Shown here: piece after piece, positions 20,213 through 29,822 of the stretch
How positions within the stretch are numbered: the stretch's first letter is position 1
Layout: each line of letters opens with the position of its first letter
Assembly (NCBI GenBank): GCA_040255765.1
Contig: JBDZVP010000004.1
Span: 1-46,956, forward strand
Reading direction: 5' to 3'
DNA length: 46,956 nt
Origin: Sphingomonadales bacterium
GTDB lineage: Bacteria; Pseudomonadota; Alphaproteobacteria; Sphingomonadales; Sphingomonadaceae
Made by a program: the position numbers and the translations under genes
The notes under the pieces: generated by a model
What the model saw: only the letters and a program-made list of their open reading frames with translations
Database searches by the model: none
Told to the model about the DNA's origin: nothing

Positions 20213-21145
20213 ATGACGCAATTGCGAGCACTCTTCAGCGATCGCGAATTCTTCATTCATGACGGTCAGTGCCTGCGCCGCTTCCGTGTCTCCGCCCCCG
20301 TCCAGGCCTTCTTCTTCACGCTTTCGCTTCTGCTCGTCGGTTGGTCAGGCTATTCCGCCGCGCAGCTCGTTGCCGGGCCGGCAATGGAGCGGACGGCCGT
20401 CACGCCCTATGCCGCGCAGCTTCAGAAGCTCGCCGCCGAGACCGACCGCCGGGTCAAGCTCGTCGAAGCGCGCCAGTACGCGCTCGCAGCAGCGCTCGAG
20501 GACCAGGACGTCGATCCGGCGACCCTGAAGGAACTCGGTTTCTATCCCGCCGCGCCCGGGACCGGAGCAATGGGCGGGCCGTTCGATTCGGCCAACGCTG
20601 ACCCGACGTTCAAGCAGCTTTTCACAAGCTGGAAGAAGCTCGACAATATCGCTTCCGGAGCGATCGCGATTCCGTCGGACAAGCCGCTCAGGACCGCCGA
20701 GTTCACCAGCGGCTTCGGTTCGCGCAGCGATCCGTTCCGCCACGGCGCCGCCTTCCATCCAGGAATCGATCTCGCGGCGCCCGCGGGCACCCCGGTTTAT
20801 GCGACCGCCGACGGCACGGTTCTCCGCGCCGGCTGGAACAGCGGCGGCTACGGCAATCTGGTCGAGATCGACCATGGCCGCGGAATCATCACTCGCTACG
20901 GCCACATGTCCAAAATCCTCGTTTCCGAAGGGGAACGCGTGAAGCGCGGGCAGCAGGTCGGCGAAGTCGGGTCGACGGGCCGTTCGACCGGCAACCACCT
21001 CCATTACGAGGTGCGGATCGACAATAGCCCGGTGAACCCGATCCCGTTCATGCGCTCGACCGATTATCTGCTTGCGATGAAGCGGGCCGGAAGCAATGCG
21101 GCGATGGACCAGGTCGCGCTCGGCGGACCGGCCGGCGGCAAATAA
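20213..21145 (+). CDS. M23 family metallopeptidase with N-terminal TM segment
   Basis: HPGID (HxxxD), YGN, YGHM, GSTGRSTG.HLHYEV. Confidence 0.93.
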   Translation: MTQLRALFSDREFFIHDGQCLRRFRVSAPVQAFFFTLSLLLVGWSGYSAAQLVAGPAMERTAVTPYAAQLQKLAAETDRRVKLVEARQYALAAALEDQDVDPATLKELGFYPAAPGTGAMGGPFDSANADPTFKQLFTSWKKLDNIASGAIAIPSDKPLRTAEFTSGFGSRSDPFRHGAAFHPGIDLAAPAGTPVYATADGTVLRAGWNSGGYGNLVEIDHGRGIITRYGHMSKILVSEGERVKRGQQVGEVGSTGRSTGNHLHYEVRIDNSPVNPIPFMRSTDYLLAMKRAGSNAAMDQVALGGPAGGK

Positions 21146-21190
21146 GCGCCTGAGGTTGCCGCTCCCCAGCCGGCACCCTATTTCGCTCCT

Positions 21191-21523
21191 GTGAGCGAGC
21201 CGGATATCAGCCTGACCCAGAATGCGGCGCGAAAGGTCGCCGCGATCGCCGCGCGCAAGAATGCGCCGGCGATCCTTCGGCTGGCCGTCGACGGCGGCGG
21301 CTGCGCGGGCTTCACCTACAGTTTCGAACTCGCCGATGCGCCCGATGCCGACGACACGGTCGCGCAGACCGGCGAAGTAAAGCTGGTCGTCGATCCCGCC
21401 AGCCTGGAGCTGGTGCGTGGATCCTCGGTCGATTTCGTCGAGGACTTGGGCGGCGCCTCGTTCAAGGTGATGAACCCCAATGCGCAGTCGGGCTGCGGCT
21501 GCGGATCGAGCTTTTCGGTCTGA
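21191..21523 (+). CDS. erpA: Fe-S cluster insertion protein, ErpA/IscA family
   Basis: GGGCAG, NPNA..GCGCGSSF. Confidence 0.9.
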   Translation: MSEPDISLTQNAARKVAAIAARKNAPAILRLAVDGGGCAGFTYSFELADAPDADDTVAQTGEVKLVVDPASLELVRGSSVDFVEDLGGASFKVMNPNAQSGCGCGSSFSV

Positions 21524-21524
21524 T

Positions 21525-21600
21525 CGTCATTGCGAGGAGCGTAGCGACGCGGCAATCCACTGGCGCCATGCTGGATTGCTTCGCTCCGCTCGCAATGACG
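21525..21600. repeat. Intergenic palindromic REP/RPE-like element
   Basis: 12-bp terminal IR CGTCATTGCGAG...CTCGCAATGACG with inner IR GCAATCCA/TGGATTGC. Confidence 0.85.
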
Positions 21601-21614
21601 GCTAAGGCGCTGGC

Positions 21615-22388
21615 ATGAAAATCGCTTCCTACAATCTCAACGGAATTCGCGCGCGGCTGCCCCGGCTGATCGAATGGCTGGAGCGCGAGAGGCCGGGAGT
21701 AGTCTGCCTGCAGGAGCTGAAGTGCGCGGATGAATCGCTTCCGATCGGCGATATCGAGGCGGCGGGCTACGGCGCGGTATGGCACGGGCAGAAGGGCTTC
21801 AACGGAGTCGCGGTTCTGGCCCGCGGGGATACGCCGAAGCTCAGGCGAATGGGGCTTCCGGGCGACCCCGACGACACGCACAGCCGCTACATCGAGGCGG
21901 AGGTTGGCGACGTGATCGTCGCGTCGATCTACCTTCCCAACGGCAATCCGATCGGAACGGAGAAGTTCGACTACAAGATCCGCTGGTTCGAGCGGCTAGC
22001 TGCCCATTCCGACGGGCTTCTCGAAGAAGAGCGGCCGGTGGTGCTGGCTGGCGATTGGAACGTGGTCCCGGAGGACCGCGATGTCTTCTCGGTCCAGGCG
22101 ACGCAGCACGACGCGGTGATGCAACCTGAGGCGCGGGAGGTGTGGCGGCGCATGGTCAATGGCGGCTGGACCGACGCCCTTCGCGCGCTGCATCCCGACG
22201 AGCCGAAGCTGTACACGTTCTGGGACTACACCGCGGGCTGCTGGCAGCGCGATCTCGGTTTCCGCCTGGATCATCTTCTCTGCTCGCCCGAGGCCGCGGA
22301 CCGGCTTCAAGGTGCGGGCGTCGATCGCTGGGCGCGCGGGGAGGAGAAAGCGAGCGACCACGCGCCGACGTGGGTGGAGCTTACCTAA
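21615..22388 (+). CDS. xth: Exodeoxyribonuclease III
   Basis: N.NGIRAR, LQE.K, NGVA, YLPNG, GDWN, TFWDY, RLDH, SDHAP. Confidence 0.95.
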   Translation: MKIASYNLNGIRARLPRLIEWLERERPGVVCLQELKCADESLPIGDIEAAGYGAVWHGQKGFNGVAVLARGDTPKLRRMGLPGDPDDTHSRYIEAEVGDVIVASIYLPNGNPIGTEKFDYKIRWFERLAAHSDGLLEEERPVVLAGDWNVVPEDRDVFSVQATQHDAVMQPEAREVWRRMVNGGWTDALRALHPDEPKLYTFWDYTAGCWQRDLGFRLDHLLCSPEAADRLQGAGVDRWARGEEKASDHAPTWVELT

Positions 22389-22442
22389 GTCAAGGATCGG
22401 CTGCAGTTTTCGTGATTCCAGACTCGCGCTAGGGCACAAGCG

Positions 22443-22832
22443 ATGGAATTCGTGTTTGAGGTGCTTCTCCAGTTTTTTGGGGAGATACTGCTGCAACTCA
22501 TCGTCCAGGTGCTGGCGGAACTCGGCCTGCACAGCCTTGGCGATACCTTCCAAAGACGAAAGCACCCGATCTGGTCGATGATTGGGTTCACCCTTTGGGG
22601 TGCGGTAGCTGGCGGACTGAGCTTACTCATCTTCCCGCATTCGGCGATTGCGAAGCCCGCGTTGAGGACGCTGAACGTCTTCGTTACGCCCCTCGTCGTG
22701 GGTGCGGTCATGGCTCTAATCGGCCAGACCAGGCTTCGGCGAGGTCAGATTTTGGTTCGGATGGACCGCTTCGGCTACGCTTTCACTTTCGCCTTCTGGA
22801 TGGCGTTTGTCAGGTTTCTATGGGCGACATGA
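22443..22832 (+). CDS. Hypothetical membrane protein (about 4 TM segments)
   Basis: Hydrophobic ORF filling the gap; visibly more AT-rich codons than its neighbours. Confidence 0.6.
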   Translation: MEFVFEVLLQFFGEILLQLIVQVLAELGLHSLGDTFQRRKHPIWSMIGFTLWGAVAGGLSLLIFPHSAIAKPALRTLNVFVTPLVVGAVMALIGQTRLRRGQILVRMDRFGYAFTFAFWMAFVRFLWAT

Positions 22833-22860
22833 TAGCGGCACCAATCCGCGGCCAGCGCTC

Positions 22861-24000
22861 CTAAAGAGTCTTCTGATAGATCCTGTAGCGGTGGTTCACC
22901 CGCGCTCCGGGCAGTTCAGCGATCGACAGCATTCCCTTGTTGTCCTCGAGGATCCAGCCGAATTCGCCGATCTTCACGCCGAACTTGGCGACGACCTCGC
23001 GGCGCGTGAATTCTATCAGCATGAAGGCGAGCTGCGAGGCGAGGCGCGTGTGGTGAAGCCTCTTCGCGACACCCATCAGGGGTACGCGGGCGCGACGCGT
23101 CGTCGGCTTGCGCAAGCGCCACAGCAATTTCATCCAGTTGAAAGGGAAAAGCTCGCCATTGAGGTCCCTGATCAGCTCGTTGATGTCGGGAAGCGTGATC
23201 ATGAACGCGACCGGCTCGTCGTCGTAATAAGCGATCCACACGAGCTCATTGTAGATGATCGGTTTGAGTTTCTTGCCGGCGTAGGCGATCTCGGATTCGG
23301 TTAGCGGGACGAAGCCCCAATTGTCCGACCAGGCGTCGTTCAGGAGGTTGAGGATGAGCCGAGCCTCGGAGTCGAACTTCCTCTTGTCAACCTTGCGCAT
23401 GCGGATGCGCTTGTTCTTCTCGCCCAAAGCGATGAGACGGGCGATGCGCTCGTCCCACCAATTGGCGATATCGACTTCGTAGGTGAGCAGGTCCTTGGCC
23501 TTTTCGTAGCCGGCGGCTTCGATCCACTGCTGATATTCGGGCCTGTGATGACCCATCATCGCGGTCGGCGGCTGGTCGAAACCCTCGATCTCGAGCCCCG
23601 GCTCGTCCCAGATTGAAAGGCTGATCGGGCCCATCGCGGTGGTCATGCCCTGCTCGCGGAGCCAGGCCTCGGCGGTGGCGATCAGCGCGGCGGCCGCTTC
23701 GCCGTCGGTGGTTTCGAGCATTCCCCACTGGCCGGTGCCCTCGCCCATATGCTCCAGCACCAGCTCGTCGACCTGCGCGCTGATCCGGCCGACGACCTTG
23801 CCATCGCGCTCCGCCAGCCAGAATTTGGCCCTGGCGTGCTCGAACCACGGATTCTTGCCCGGTGTGATGAGGCCGTGGACCTCGTCCTTCAGCGGCGGGA
23901 CCCAGGCCGGATCGTCGCGATAGACATGCCAGGCGAGGTTCACGAATGCCTTTTTGTCGGCCTTGGTTTCGACCGGGCGGACGGTGATTGGAGCGCTCAT
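22861..24000 (-). CDS. GNAT-fold acyltransferase, bacterial ceramide synthase (bCerS)-like
   Basis: DPAWVPPL, GRISA, GP, NDAWSDNWGFVP, PDINE, WILEDN; located in the spt cluster. Confidence 0.8.
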   Translation of the reverse strand: MSAPITVRPVETKADKKAFVNLAWHVYRDDPAWVPPLKDEVHGLITPGKNPWFEHARAKFWLAERDGKVVGRISAQVDELVLEHMGEGTGQWGMLETTDGEAAAALIATAEAWLREQGMTTAMGPISLSIWDEPGLEIEGFDQPPTAMMGHHRPEYQQWIEAAGYEKAKDLLTYEVDIANWWDERIARLIALGEKNKRIRMRKVDKRKFDSEARLILNLLNDAWSDNWGFVPLTESEIAYAGKKLKPIIYNELVWIAYYDDEPVAFMITLPDINELIRDLNGELFPFNWMKLLWRLRKPTTRRARVPLMGVAKRLHHTRLASQLAFMLIEFTRREVVAKFGVKIGEFGWILEDNKGMLSIAELPGARVNHRYRIYQKTL

Positions 24001-24092
24001 TGCGGAGGGCTAACCCGCTACCGGCCCAAGGGCCAGCACATTCATTGTCTGGCCACGAAGCCGCCACTATCTCCATGCAGAGGCAAGGACTT

Positions 24093-25184
24093 GTGAGCAA
24101 TACGGCAACCCTGGAGCGGAAGACGGCCGCGCCCGCGACGGCGCGCGATGCCGCGCGCTCGAAAGACGACAAGGCGATGCTCAAGGCCGCCGCCGATCTC
24201 ACCCGCGACCTCAATTCGCCGAACGCTGCAATCTACTGGGGCGACCTGCTTCTGTCCGCGGTCCTCGGTTATGCCGGGCTCGGTGCGACGATCCTCCTGC
24301 CGATGCCGCTGGCGTTGCTGGCCGGGCTCGTCTCGGTGCTGGCACTGTACCGGGCGGGAAGCTTCATCCACGAGCTGACCCATCTGAAACCCCGCGCGGT
24401 GCCGGGTTTCCGCCTGGCCTGGAACCTCATCATCGGAATCCCGCTTCTGGTTCCCTCCTTCCTCTATGAAGGGGTCCACAACCAGCACCATGCAAAGCGC
24501 TATTACGGGACCGTGGACGATCCCGAATATCTACCGCTGGCGCTGATGAACCCGTGGACCCTCCCGGTATTTCTGGTGGTCGCGGCGCTTGCTCCGATCG
24601 GGATGCTGATCCGCTTTGGAGTGCTCGCGCCGCTTTCGCTGGTGTTCCCGGCGCTCCGGCGTGTCGTCGTCGAGAAATATTCCGGTCTTCAGATCAATCC
24701 GCGCTTTCGCCGCCCGGCGCCGCAAGGCGCGTTCGCGCGCGACTGGCGGCTACTGGAAATTGCGTGCAGCGTATGGGCGATCGCGCTCATCGCGCTGACC
24801 GCGACTGGCGTGATCCCGCTGCGCGCCTTCCTGATCTTTCTCGGGGTCGCGGCGGGCGTGATGTTCCTCAACCAGGTGCGGACTTTGGTCGCGCATCTGT
24901 GGGAGAATGAGGGCGAGCCGATGAGCGTCACCGCTCAATATCTCGACAGCGTCAATGTCCCGCCGCCCGGTTTCCTGCCGGCGTTGTGGGCGCCGGTGGG
25001 CCTTCGCTATCACGCGCTTCATCACCTTCTGCCCGGCGTGCCCTATCACGCGCTCGGCGCTGCTCACCGCCGCCTTTGCGCGGAACTCGACCAGGAATCG
25101 ATCTATCACGAGGCGAGCCACCGCGGCCTTGCCGGGCTGGTGATCAGGCTAACCCGAAGCAGCTGGCGCGGGCGGCCTTACTGA
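24093..25184 (+). CDS. Membrane fatty acid desaturase/hydroxylase family protein
   Basis: Three His boxes HELTH, HNQHH, HALHH plus TM segments; GTG start after AAGGAC. Confidence 0.88.
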   Translation: MSNTATLERKTAAPATARDAARSKDDKAMLKAAADLTRDLNSPNAAIYWGDLLLSAVLGYAGLGATILLPMPLALLAGLVSVLALYRAGSFIHELTHLKPRAVPGFRLAWNLIIGIPLLVPSFLYEGVHNQHHAKRYYGTVDDPEYLPLALMNPWTLPVFLVVAALAPIGMLIRFGVLAPLSLVFPALRRVVVEKYSGLQINPRFRRPAPQGAFARDWRLLEIACSVWAIALIALTATGVIPLRAFLIFLGVAAGVMFLNQVRTLVAHLWENEGEPMSVTAQYLDSVNVPPPGFLPALWAPVGLRYHALHHLLPGVPYHALGAAHRRLCAELDQESIYHEASHRGLAGLVIRLTRSSWRGRPY

Positions 25185-25369
25185 TTTTCCACGACGCGCA
25201 GTAGCAATCGCCGGCCTTGCTCGTCGGTGATTACGACCTCGCGCTTTGACTGCGGCGGCAGTTTCTCCCACTTGTCACGGCTCACTTTCACCGGCCGCTC
25301 GATCCGAACGGTGGCGGTTGCCTGCATCGTGGGCGATGGGGCGGCGGCGAGTAGAGCCAACAGAAGCAC
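25178..25369 (-). CDS. Small putative secreted protein
   Basis: Hydrophobic N-terminus LLLALLAAA and natural-looking composition. Confidence 0.5.
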   Translation of the reverse strand: MLLLALLAAAPSPTMQATATVRIERPVKVSRDKWEKLPPQSKREVVITDEQGRRLLLRVVENQ

Positions 25370-25472
25370 GCCCGGCCATTGCCGGGATACTCGCTAATCC
25401 GGCCTTGAACATCGCTCCACTACGGAGCCGATGACGGCTCGCGAGCACGGCCCGCAGGGCTCGCCGCGCGCG

Positions 25473-26570
25473 TTATTCTTCGCTCCGGATCAGGACGGTT
25501 TCTCCAACCAGCAGGAACAGGAAGAAGGGTGCCCAGGCGGCGAGCATGGGCGGGTAGGCACCGACATTGCCCATCGCGAGGCTGAAATTGTCGGCGACGA
25601 AATAGGCAAAGCCCAGTGCCATTCCGATGCTCGCGCGAACCAGCACCTGCCCCGATCGAGCGAGACCGAACGCGGCAACGGCGGCGAGCAGCGGCATCAG
25701 GACGATCGACAGCGGCCCGGAAATCTTGTGCCAAAGCCCGGCGCGCGCCTCGGCGGTGGGCTTACCGGCCGCCTCCATCTCCGAAATCTTGCTCATCAGT
25801 TCGAAGAAGGAGGTTTCGTCGGGTTCGACCTTGGCTAGCCGGAGCTGGTCCGGGGTGAGGCCGGCGAGGCCGGTCATCGTCGGCACCCGGCGAGTGACGT
25901 TCATCGTCGAATCGTAAATCCGCACGTCATCAAGCCGCCACTCGGCCCCTTGGGGGGTCGCTCGATCGGCGGTGACGATCCGCTGGATGGCGCCGTTTTC
26001 GCGCTCGTAGATCGTCACCCCGCGAGCAACGAAGCCTGGGCCCCGGCCAGCGGCGACCCGGGCACGGACAAGTTCGCCTCCGTGGGTCACCCAGACATTA
26101 CTGAGGATTCCGCTGTCCGGCGGGACCGGCTTGTAGTCGTTGTCGCTCCACGCATTCACCACCCGGGCGGAATGAACGACGACAGTCTCGTTGAAGATGA
26201 AGGCGAGCACCGAAAGGCCGAGACTGGCGATGATCAGGGGCGCAAGCATCTGATGCGCGGAAATGCCCGCGGCTTTCATCGCCACGACCTCGCTGTTCTG
26301 GTTGAGCCCGACAAAGGCGATCAAGGTCCCAAGCAGTACCGAAAACGGCAGGAAGCGGGCTGTCAGCAGCGGGAGTCGAAGGCCGACATAGCGCCAGATT
26401 TCCGAATCGCCGTTGCCGGGAACAGCGAGGATCTTGCCGGATTCGCCCAGGAGATCGAGCATCATCAGCACCAGCACCAGGCCGATCAGGACGGCAAGGC
26501 TGCGGGTCAGGAACAAGCGCACCGTGTAGAGCGCGAGCTGGCGCGAGGGGAAAAATTGCAGGTTGATCAC
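25473..26570 (-). CDS. lptG: LptG family permease
   Basis: SEVVAMKAAGIS motif, 3+3 TM layout, LAAWAP; GTG start overlaps the lptF stop. Confidence 0.92.
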   Translation of the reverse strand: MINLQFFPSRQLALYTVRLFLTRSLAVLIGLVLVLMMLDLLGESGKILAVPGNGDSEIWRYVGLRLPLLTARFLPFSVLLGTLIAFVGLNQNSEVVAMKAAGISAHQMLAPLIIASLGLSVLAFIFNETVVVHSARVVNAWSDNDYKPVPPDSGILSNVWVTHGGELVRARVAAGRGPGFVARGVTIYERENGAIQRIVTADRATPQGAEWRLDDVRIYDSTMNVTRRVPTMTGLAGLTPDQLRLAKVEPDETSFFELMSKISEMEAAGKPTAEARAGLWHKISGPLSIVLMPLLAAVAAFGLARSGQVLVRASIGMALGFAYFVADNFSLAMGNVGAYPPMLAAWAPFFLFLLVGETVLIRSEE

Positions 26571-27766
26571 GCGGCCCGCGCTTTCGGCATCAACGCCTTG
26601 ATCCGCCTGGCCATCTTTGCCGCCGCCCACTCGAGCGCGCCGATCGGCTGGCCGCCCGGCTTGTGCGAGATGACGTAGTACATCCAGCCAATCAGCGCGG
26701 CGAGGACCGCGAACGGCGCCCACATCGCCAGGATCGGGTTGATCCGCCCCTGCTCGCCCGCATAAGCGCCATACTGGTTGACCTTGTGGTAGGCGACGAC
26801 CATCACGATCCCGACGAAAATCCCGAGCGCCGACGTGCTTCGCTTGGGCGGGACTGCGAGAGCGACGGCGAGCATCGGGAGCATCGCCATCATCAGGATC
26901 TCGACGATCCGGAAGTTGAAGTTGGCCTGAGCGCCGAGCGCCTGCTCGTGGCTTGTCGCTCCGCCGCCATAGCCGAGCCGGTACAGCTCGTTGAAGAACA
27001 GCTCGTCGTAATCCGTGCCGCGGCCGCGGAACTGGTCGATCGGGGGAACGGTGATCGGAAGGTCGTAGCTCGCGAAGGTCAGCGTCCGGGGCGCCGGGAA
27101 TTTGGGCGATTGCTGGATCAGCCGGCCATTGTGGAGGCGGAAAAGTATGACTCGCGGATCGTCGGTCGAAAGGAAGCGGCCGGCCTCCGCGGTGGCAACG
27201 ACGCTCTGGCCCTTGGGATCGTCGACCTGGACGAAGATACCCTGGAGCTGGGTACCGTGGGATTCACTCTCGTCGATGCGCAGCGTCAGCCTTTTGCCGA
27301 GCCGGTTGAACTCGCCGACCTTGATCGATGCTCCAAGCGCGCCCGACCTCAGGTCGAAGCGAAGACCTTCATATTTGTAATGGGCGTAAGGCTCGATGTA
27401 GCCGACGATGACGATGTTGAGCAGCATCAGCCCGGCCGCGTACATGTAAGGCACCCGAAGCAGGCGTCCGAAGCCGACCCCGATGCCCCGCAGCGCATCC
27501 AGTTCCGAAGACAAGGCGAGTTTGCGGAACGCGAGCAGGATTCCCATCAGCAGGCCGATCGGGATCCCGAGCGAGAAATATTCCGGAAGCAGGTTGGCGA
27601 GCATTTGCCAGACGACGCTGACCGGGCCGCCGGTGTTGACCACGAAGTCGAACAACCGGAGCATCTTGTCCAGCACCAGAAGCATGGCGGCAAGGATGAG
27701 TGTTCCCAGCAGCGGGACCGCGATGGACCGCGCCAGGTAGCGATCGATTAGCGACAACTGGCGCAA
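26567..27766 (-). CDS. lptF: LptF family permease
   Basis: IDRYL, SELDALRGIG, paired with lptG; TTG start at 27766 after AGGGA. Confidence 0.9.
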   Translation of the reverse strand: MRQLSLIDRYLARSIAVPLLGTLILAAMLLVLDKMLRLFDFVVNTGGPVSVVWQMLANLLPEYFSLGIPIGLLMGILLAFRKLALSSELDALRGIGVGFGRLLRVPYMYAAGLMLLNIVIVGYIEPYAHYKYEGLRFDLRSGALGASIKVGEFNRLGKRLTLRIDESESHGTQLQGIFVQVDDPKGQSVVATAEAGRFLSTDDPRVILFRLHNGRLIQQSPKFPAPRTLTFASYDLPITVPPIDQFRGRGTDYDELFFNELYRLGYGGGATSHEQALGAQANFNFRIVEILMMAMLPMLAVALAVPPKRSTSALGIFVGIVMVVAYHKVNQYGAYAGEQGRINPILAMWAPFAVLAALIGWMYYVISHKPGGQPIGALEWAAAKMARRIKALMPKARAA

Positions 27767-27883
27767 CTTGGTCGTCCCTACACCATGATTTGGCCGCAAA
27801 GCGGGTTGAAACCGCAACTCGGGTCAGTCCCGTCTGCGCGGGGCCGGCCTGTCGCGACTCATAACGATCCGGTCGGGAATAGC

Positions 27884-28936
27884 ATGTCGAAAACGCAAGC
27901 GATGGCGAAAGGAGCTTCGGCGATGCCGGTGCAATGCGCCGCGCCCGCGTGCCGCCCGGTTCGCTCGCGCCCGCGCGTTGCTCTGCTGTCGAACCCCAGA
28001 TCGACCGGCAATATCGCTCAGCTTTCGCGAATCCGGAGCTATTGCGCCGAGCATCCCGACCTTTTCCATTACGAGGTCGAGCATGTCGACCAGATCGGAA
28101 GCGCACTCCGCTCGATCGCTCGGGTCCGGCCGAAGATGCTGGTCATCAACGGCGGCGACGGAACGGTCCAGGCGACCCTCACCGAAATTTACAACGGCGG
28201 CCATTTCGGCGAGGTGCCGCCGCCGATGGCGGTGCTTCCCAGCGGCAAGACCAACCTCATCGCGCTCGATCTCGGCGCCCACGGCGACCCGATCGCGGCC
28301 CTGGAGCGGCTGGTGAGCCTTGCCCAGGGCGACCTCGGCGAACACCTCGTCGCCCGCGAACTCATTGCTCTGCGCAAGGACGGATCGGAACGGCCCGTGA
28401 TAGGGATGTTCCTCGGAGGCGCGGGCCTTGCCGACACGATGCTCTATTGCCGCGACAAGATTTATCCGCTCGGGCTGCCGAACGGGGTCAGCCATGTGCT
28501 CACCGCGATGGCCGTCCTCGCGCGGCTGTTCCTGGGGGTGAAAGCGAGTTTTCTTCCGCCCAAGGCCGCCCCGCTGCAGGTGTCGACCGGTCACAACGAA
28601 TCCCTCACCGGCCGCTTCGCGCTGCTTGCCGTGACCACGCTCGACAAGTTGCTTCTCAACGGACATCTCCAAACCGCGAATGGGGAAGGCCGGCTGAAAT
28701 TGCTCGCGGTGGAGGAGCGCCCGGCCTCGGTCATTCGGATGGTGGTCGCGACCCTGCTCGGTAAGCTCGGCCGCAAGCCGCTTCAGGGCGTCCATCTGGA
28801 AGGTGCCGACGAAATCAGCATTGAGGGCGATCGCTCCAACGTTATCCTCGACGGCGAGATGTTTAGTGCCGAAACCGGCAAGCCCATTCGCCTGAGGCCA
28901 GCGCAGCCGCTGTCGTTCGTCCGCCTCGCGGCCTAA
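27884..28936 (+). CDS. Diacylglycerol/sphingosine kinase family protein, ceramide kinase (CpgB)-like
   Basis: NPRS, GGDGT, P.GKTN, LDGE; cluster context. Confidence 0.82.
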   Translation: MSKTQAMAKGASAMPVQCAAPACRPVRSRPRVALLSNPRSTGNIAQLSRIRSYCAEHPDLFHYEVEHVDQIGSALRSIARVRPKMLVINGGDGTVQATLTEIYNGGHFGEVPPPMAVLPSGKTNLIALDLGAHGDPIAALERLVSLAQGDLGEHLVARELIALRKDGSERPVIGMFLGGAGLADTMLYCRDKIYPLGLPNGVSHVLTAMAVLARLFLGVKASFLPPKAAPLQVSTGHNESLTGRFALLAVTTLDKLLLNGHLQTANGEGRLKLLAVEERPASVIRMVVATLLGKLGRKPLQGVHLEGADEISIEGDRSNVILDGEMFSAETGKPIRLRPAQPLSFVRLAA

Positions 28937-28949
28937 GCTCGCCCGCCCA

Positions 28950-29822
28950 ATGCCGGACCTGAAGCAACTCGTAGCAGACGAATTGTCGCTGCCCGCCGAC
29001 CCGCGGGTCGCCGCTATGGCGGCTGCAATTGCGGCGAAGCACGGCGATGCGTCGCGAGCGGTGCTCTTTTACGGGTCATGCCTGAGGCAGGACGAGCTCG
29101 AAGGGCTGATGCTCGATTTCTACCTGATCGTGTCCAACTATCCGGAAGCGTACGACAAGGCTTGGCTCGCGACCGCGAACCGGCTGATCCCGCCGAATGT
29201 CTTTTATTTCGAGCATGGCGGGCTGGTCGCCAAATATGCGGTGCTGAGCGAAGCGGACTTCGAGCGCGAGTGCGGGCCTCAAGCGCGGAGCACATCGGTG
29301 GTGGCTCGGTTTGCGCAACCGTCGCGGCTGGTCTGGAGCGCGGGAAAGCCGGCGCGGGAGCGGGTCGTCGATGCAATCAGCCGATGCGCGCCCACTTTGC
29401 TGGGTTGGGCGCGGCCGCTTGCTCCGCGCGACGCGAGCATCGAGGCACTTTGGAAGCGCGCATTCCAGCTCACGTTCGGCGCCGAGCTTCGGGCCGAGCG
29501 CACCGACCGGTCCGCTTCGATCGTCGACGCGGATCCCGGTCGCTACCGCCGCTTCGGAGAGGCGTCGATCACTGCTCTTTCACAAGAATGCGCCGAGACC
29601 GGCCGCTGGTGGAAGCGGATGCAGCGCAAGGGGAAGCTTCTTTCGCTGTTCCGGCTCGCCAAGGCCAGCTTCACCTTCGCGGGCGGGGCGGATTACATCG
29701 CTTGGAAAATCAACCGCCACGCCGGCACGAAAATCGAACTGAAACCCTGGCAACGGCGGCATCCGCTGCTCGCCGGGCTCACCTTGCTCCCGCGCCTGCT
29801 GAAGAGCGGGGCGGTTCGGTAG
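28950..29822 (+). CDS. Nucleotidyltransferase-fold protein (Tam41-like), CpgC-like
   Basis: FYGSC...LDFYLIV, PPNVF, KYAV, RFAQP, LRAE; follows the kinase. Confidence 0.65.
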   Translation: MPDLKQLVADELSLPADPRVAAMAAAIAAKHGDASRAVLFYGSCLRQDELEGLMLDFYLIVSNYPEAYDKAWLATANRLIPPNVFYFEHGGLVAKYAVLSEADFERECGPQARSTSVVARFAQPSRLVWSAGKPARERVVDAISRCAPTLLGWARPLAPRDASIEALWKRAFQLTFGAELRAERTDRSASIVDADPGRYRRFGEASITALSQECAETGRWWKRMQRKGKLLSLFRLAKASFTFAGGADYIAWKINRHAGTKIELKPWQRRHPLLAGLTLLPRLLKSGAVR

